Shown piece by piece: positions 18,073 through 18,455 of a DNA stretch of 18,455 nt (its first letter is position 1; each line of letters starts with the position of its first letter). The stretch spans positions 1 through 18,455 of the forward strand of contig NW_021824242.1 of the NCBI RefSeq assembly GCF_006345805.1. The letters are read 5' to 3'. Below the pieces are notes generated by a model. The model worked only from the letters and a program-made list of their open reading frames with translations. It was not told where the DNA came from and ran no database searches. The position numbers and the translations under genes are program-made. Source of the stretch: Octopus sinensis. Its lineage: Eukaryota.

Positions 18073-18430
18073 AAGTAAGAAAATGGAGTCATAGCTTTTG
18101 ATGAAAATTTATTATCTGCAAAAATCAACTATAGTCCCTTACTACTGTTTCAATTAAGCCTAAAAGATTAAATAGAAATTATCAAAATCATTATATTAGG
18201 CAATTATTAAAATCATTATATTAGGCTGTGATGTATTCTAAAATAGAACACATAAAAAAACCTAACGGGTATATATTTTTTCTACCCCTCTGAAGAGATT
18301 TTGCTTAATATAATGATTTTAATCATTGGTATTTAAATCTTTTAGGCTTAATTGAAACAGCTGTAAAGGTCTATGCTTGATTTCTGCAGATAATAATTAT
18401 TATAAATAGTATATCTCCATTTTCTTACTT
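18073..18430. mobile_element. Old fold-back/MITE-like element with ~130-bp imperfect inverted arms
   Basis: 18073-18203 (AAGTAAGAAAATGGAG..TTATTATCTGCAAAAATCAA..CTGTTTCAATTAAGCCTAAAAGATT..AAAATCATTATATTAGGCAA) is the diverged reverse complement of 18301-18430; ~25-bp tandem duplication at ~18177-18226. Confidence 0.75.
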
Positions 18431-18455
18431 TCTTATATATGTATATATATATATA

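Overview
Eukaryotic, AT-rich, almost entirely repetitive non-coding DNA. It is most likely from an octopus (inference: the tRNA-derived SINEs and several other repeats match families I recall from Octopus genomes; not database-verified). I recognise no host protein-coding gene, rRNA, true tRNA or CRISPR array, and nearly all ORFs in the track are microsatellite read-throughs. The only real coding remnants are three decayed non-LTR retrotransposons, all on the minus strand: a HERO-like restriction-like-endonuclease (RLE) 3' end (~5895-6478), an RTE-clade reverse transcriptase (~7128-8520) and an R4/Dong-like RLE 3' end (14339-14766). The rest comprises at least three tRNA-derived SINE families, a complete non-autonomous Helitron (12514-13026), a TTAGGG-carrying MITE with 30-bp TIRs and an 8-bp TSD (two copies, one nested in a Tc1-like MITE), two long fold-back palindromes and many microsatellites. 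The best candidate for an under-described system is at 14339-16293: two copies of a ~0.53-kb non-coding element sit in (TAA)n arrays, and one is fused to the endonuclease/3'UTR end of an R4/Dong-like LINE, suggesting a microsatellite-targeting LINE plus a non-autonomous partner. Family names, identities and difference counts were assessed by eye or from memory and need computational confirmation.
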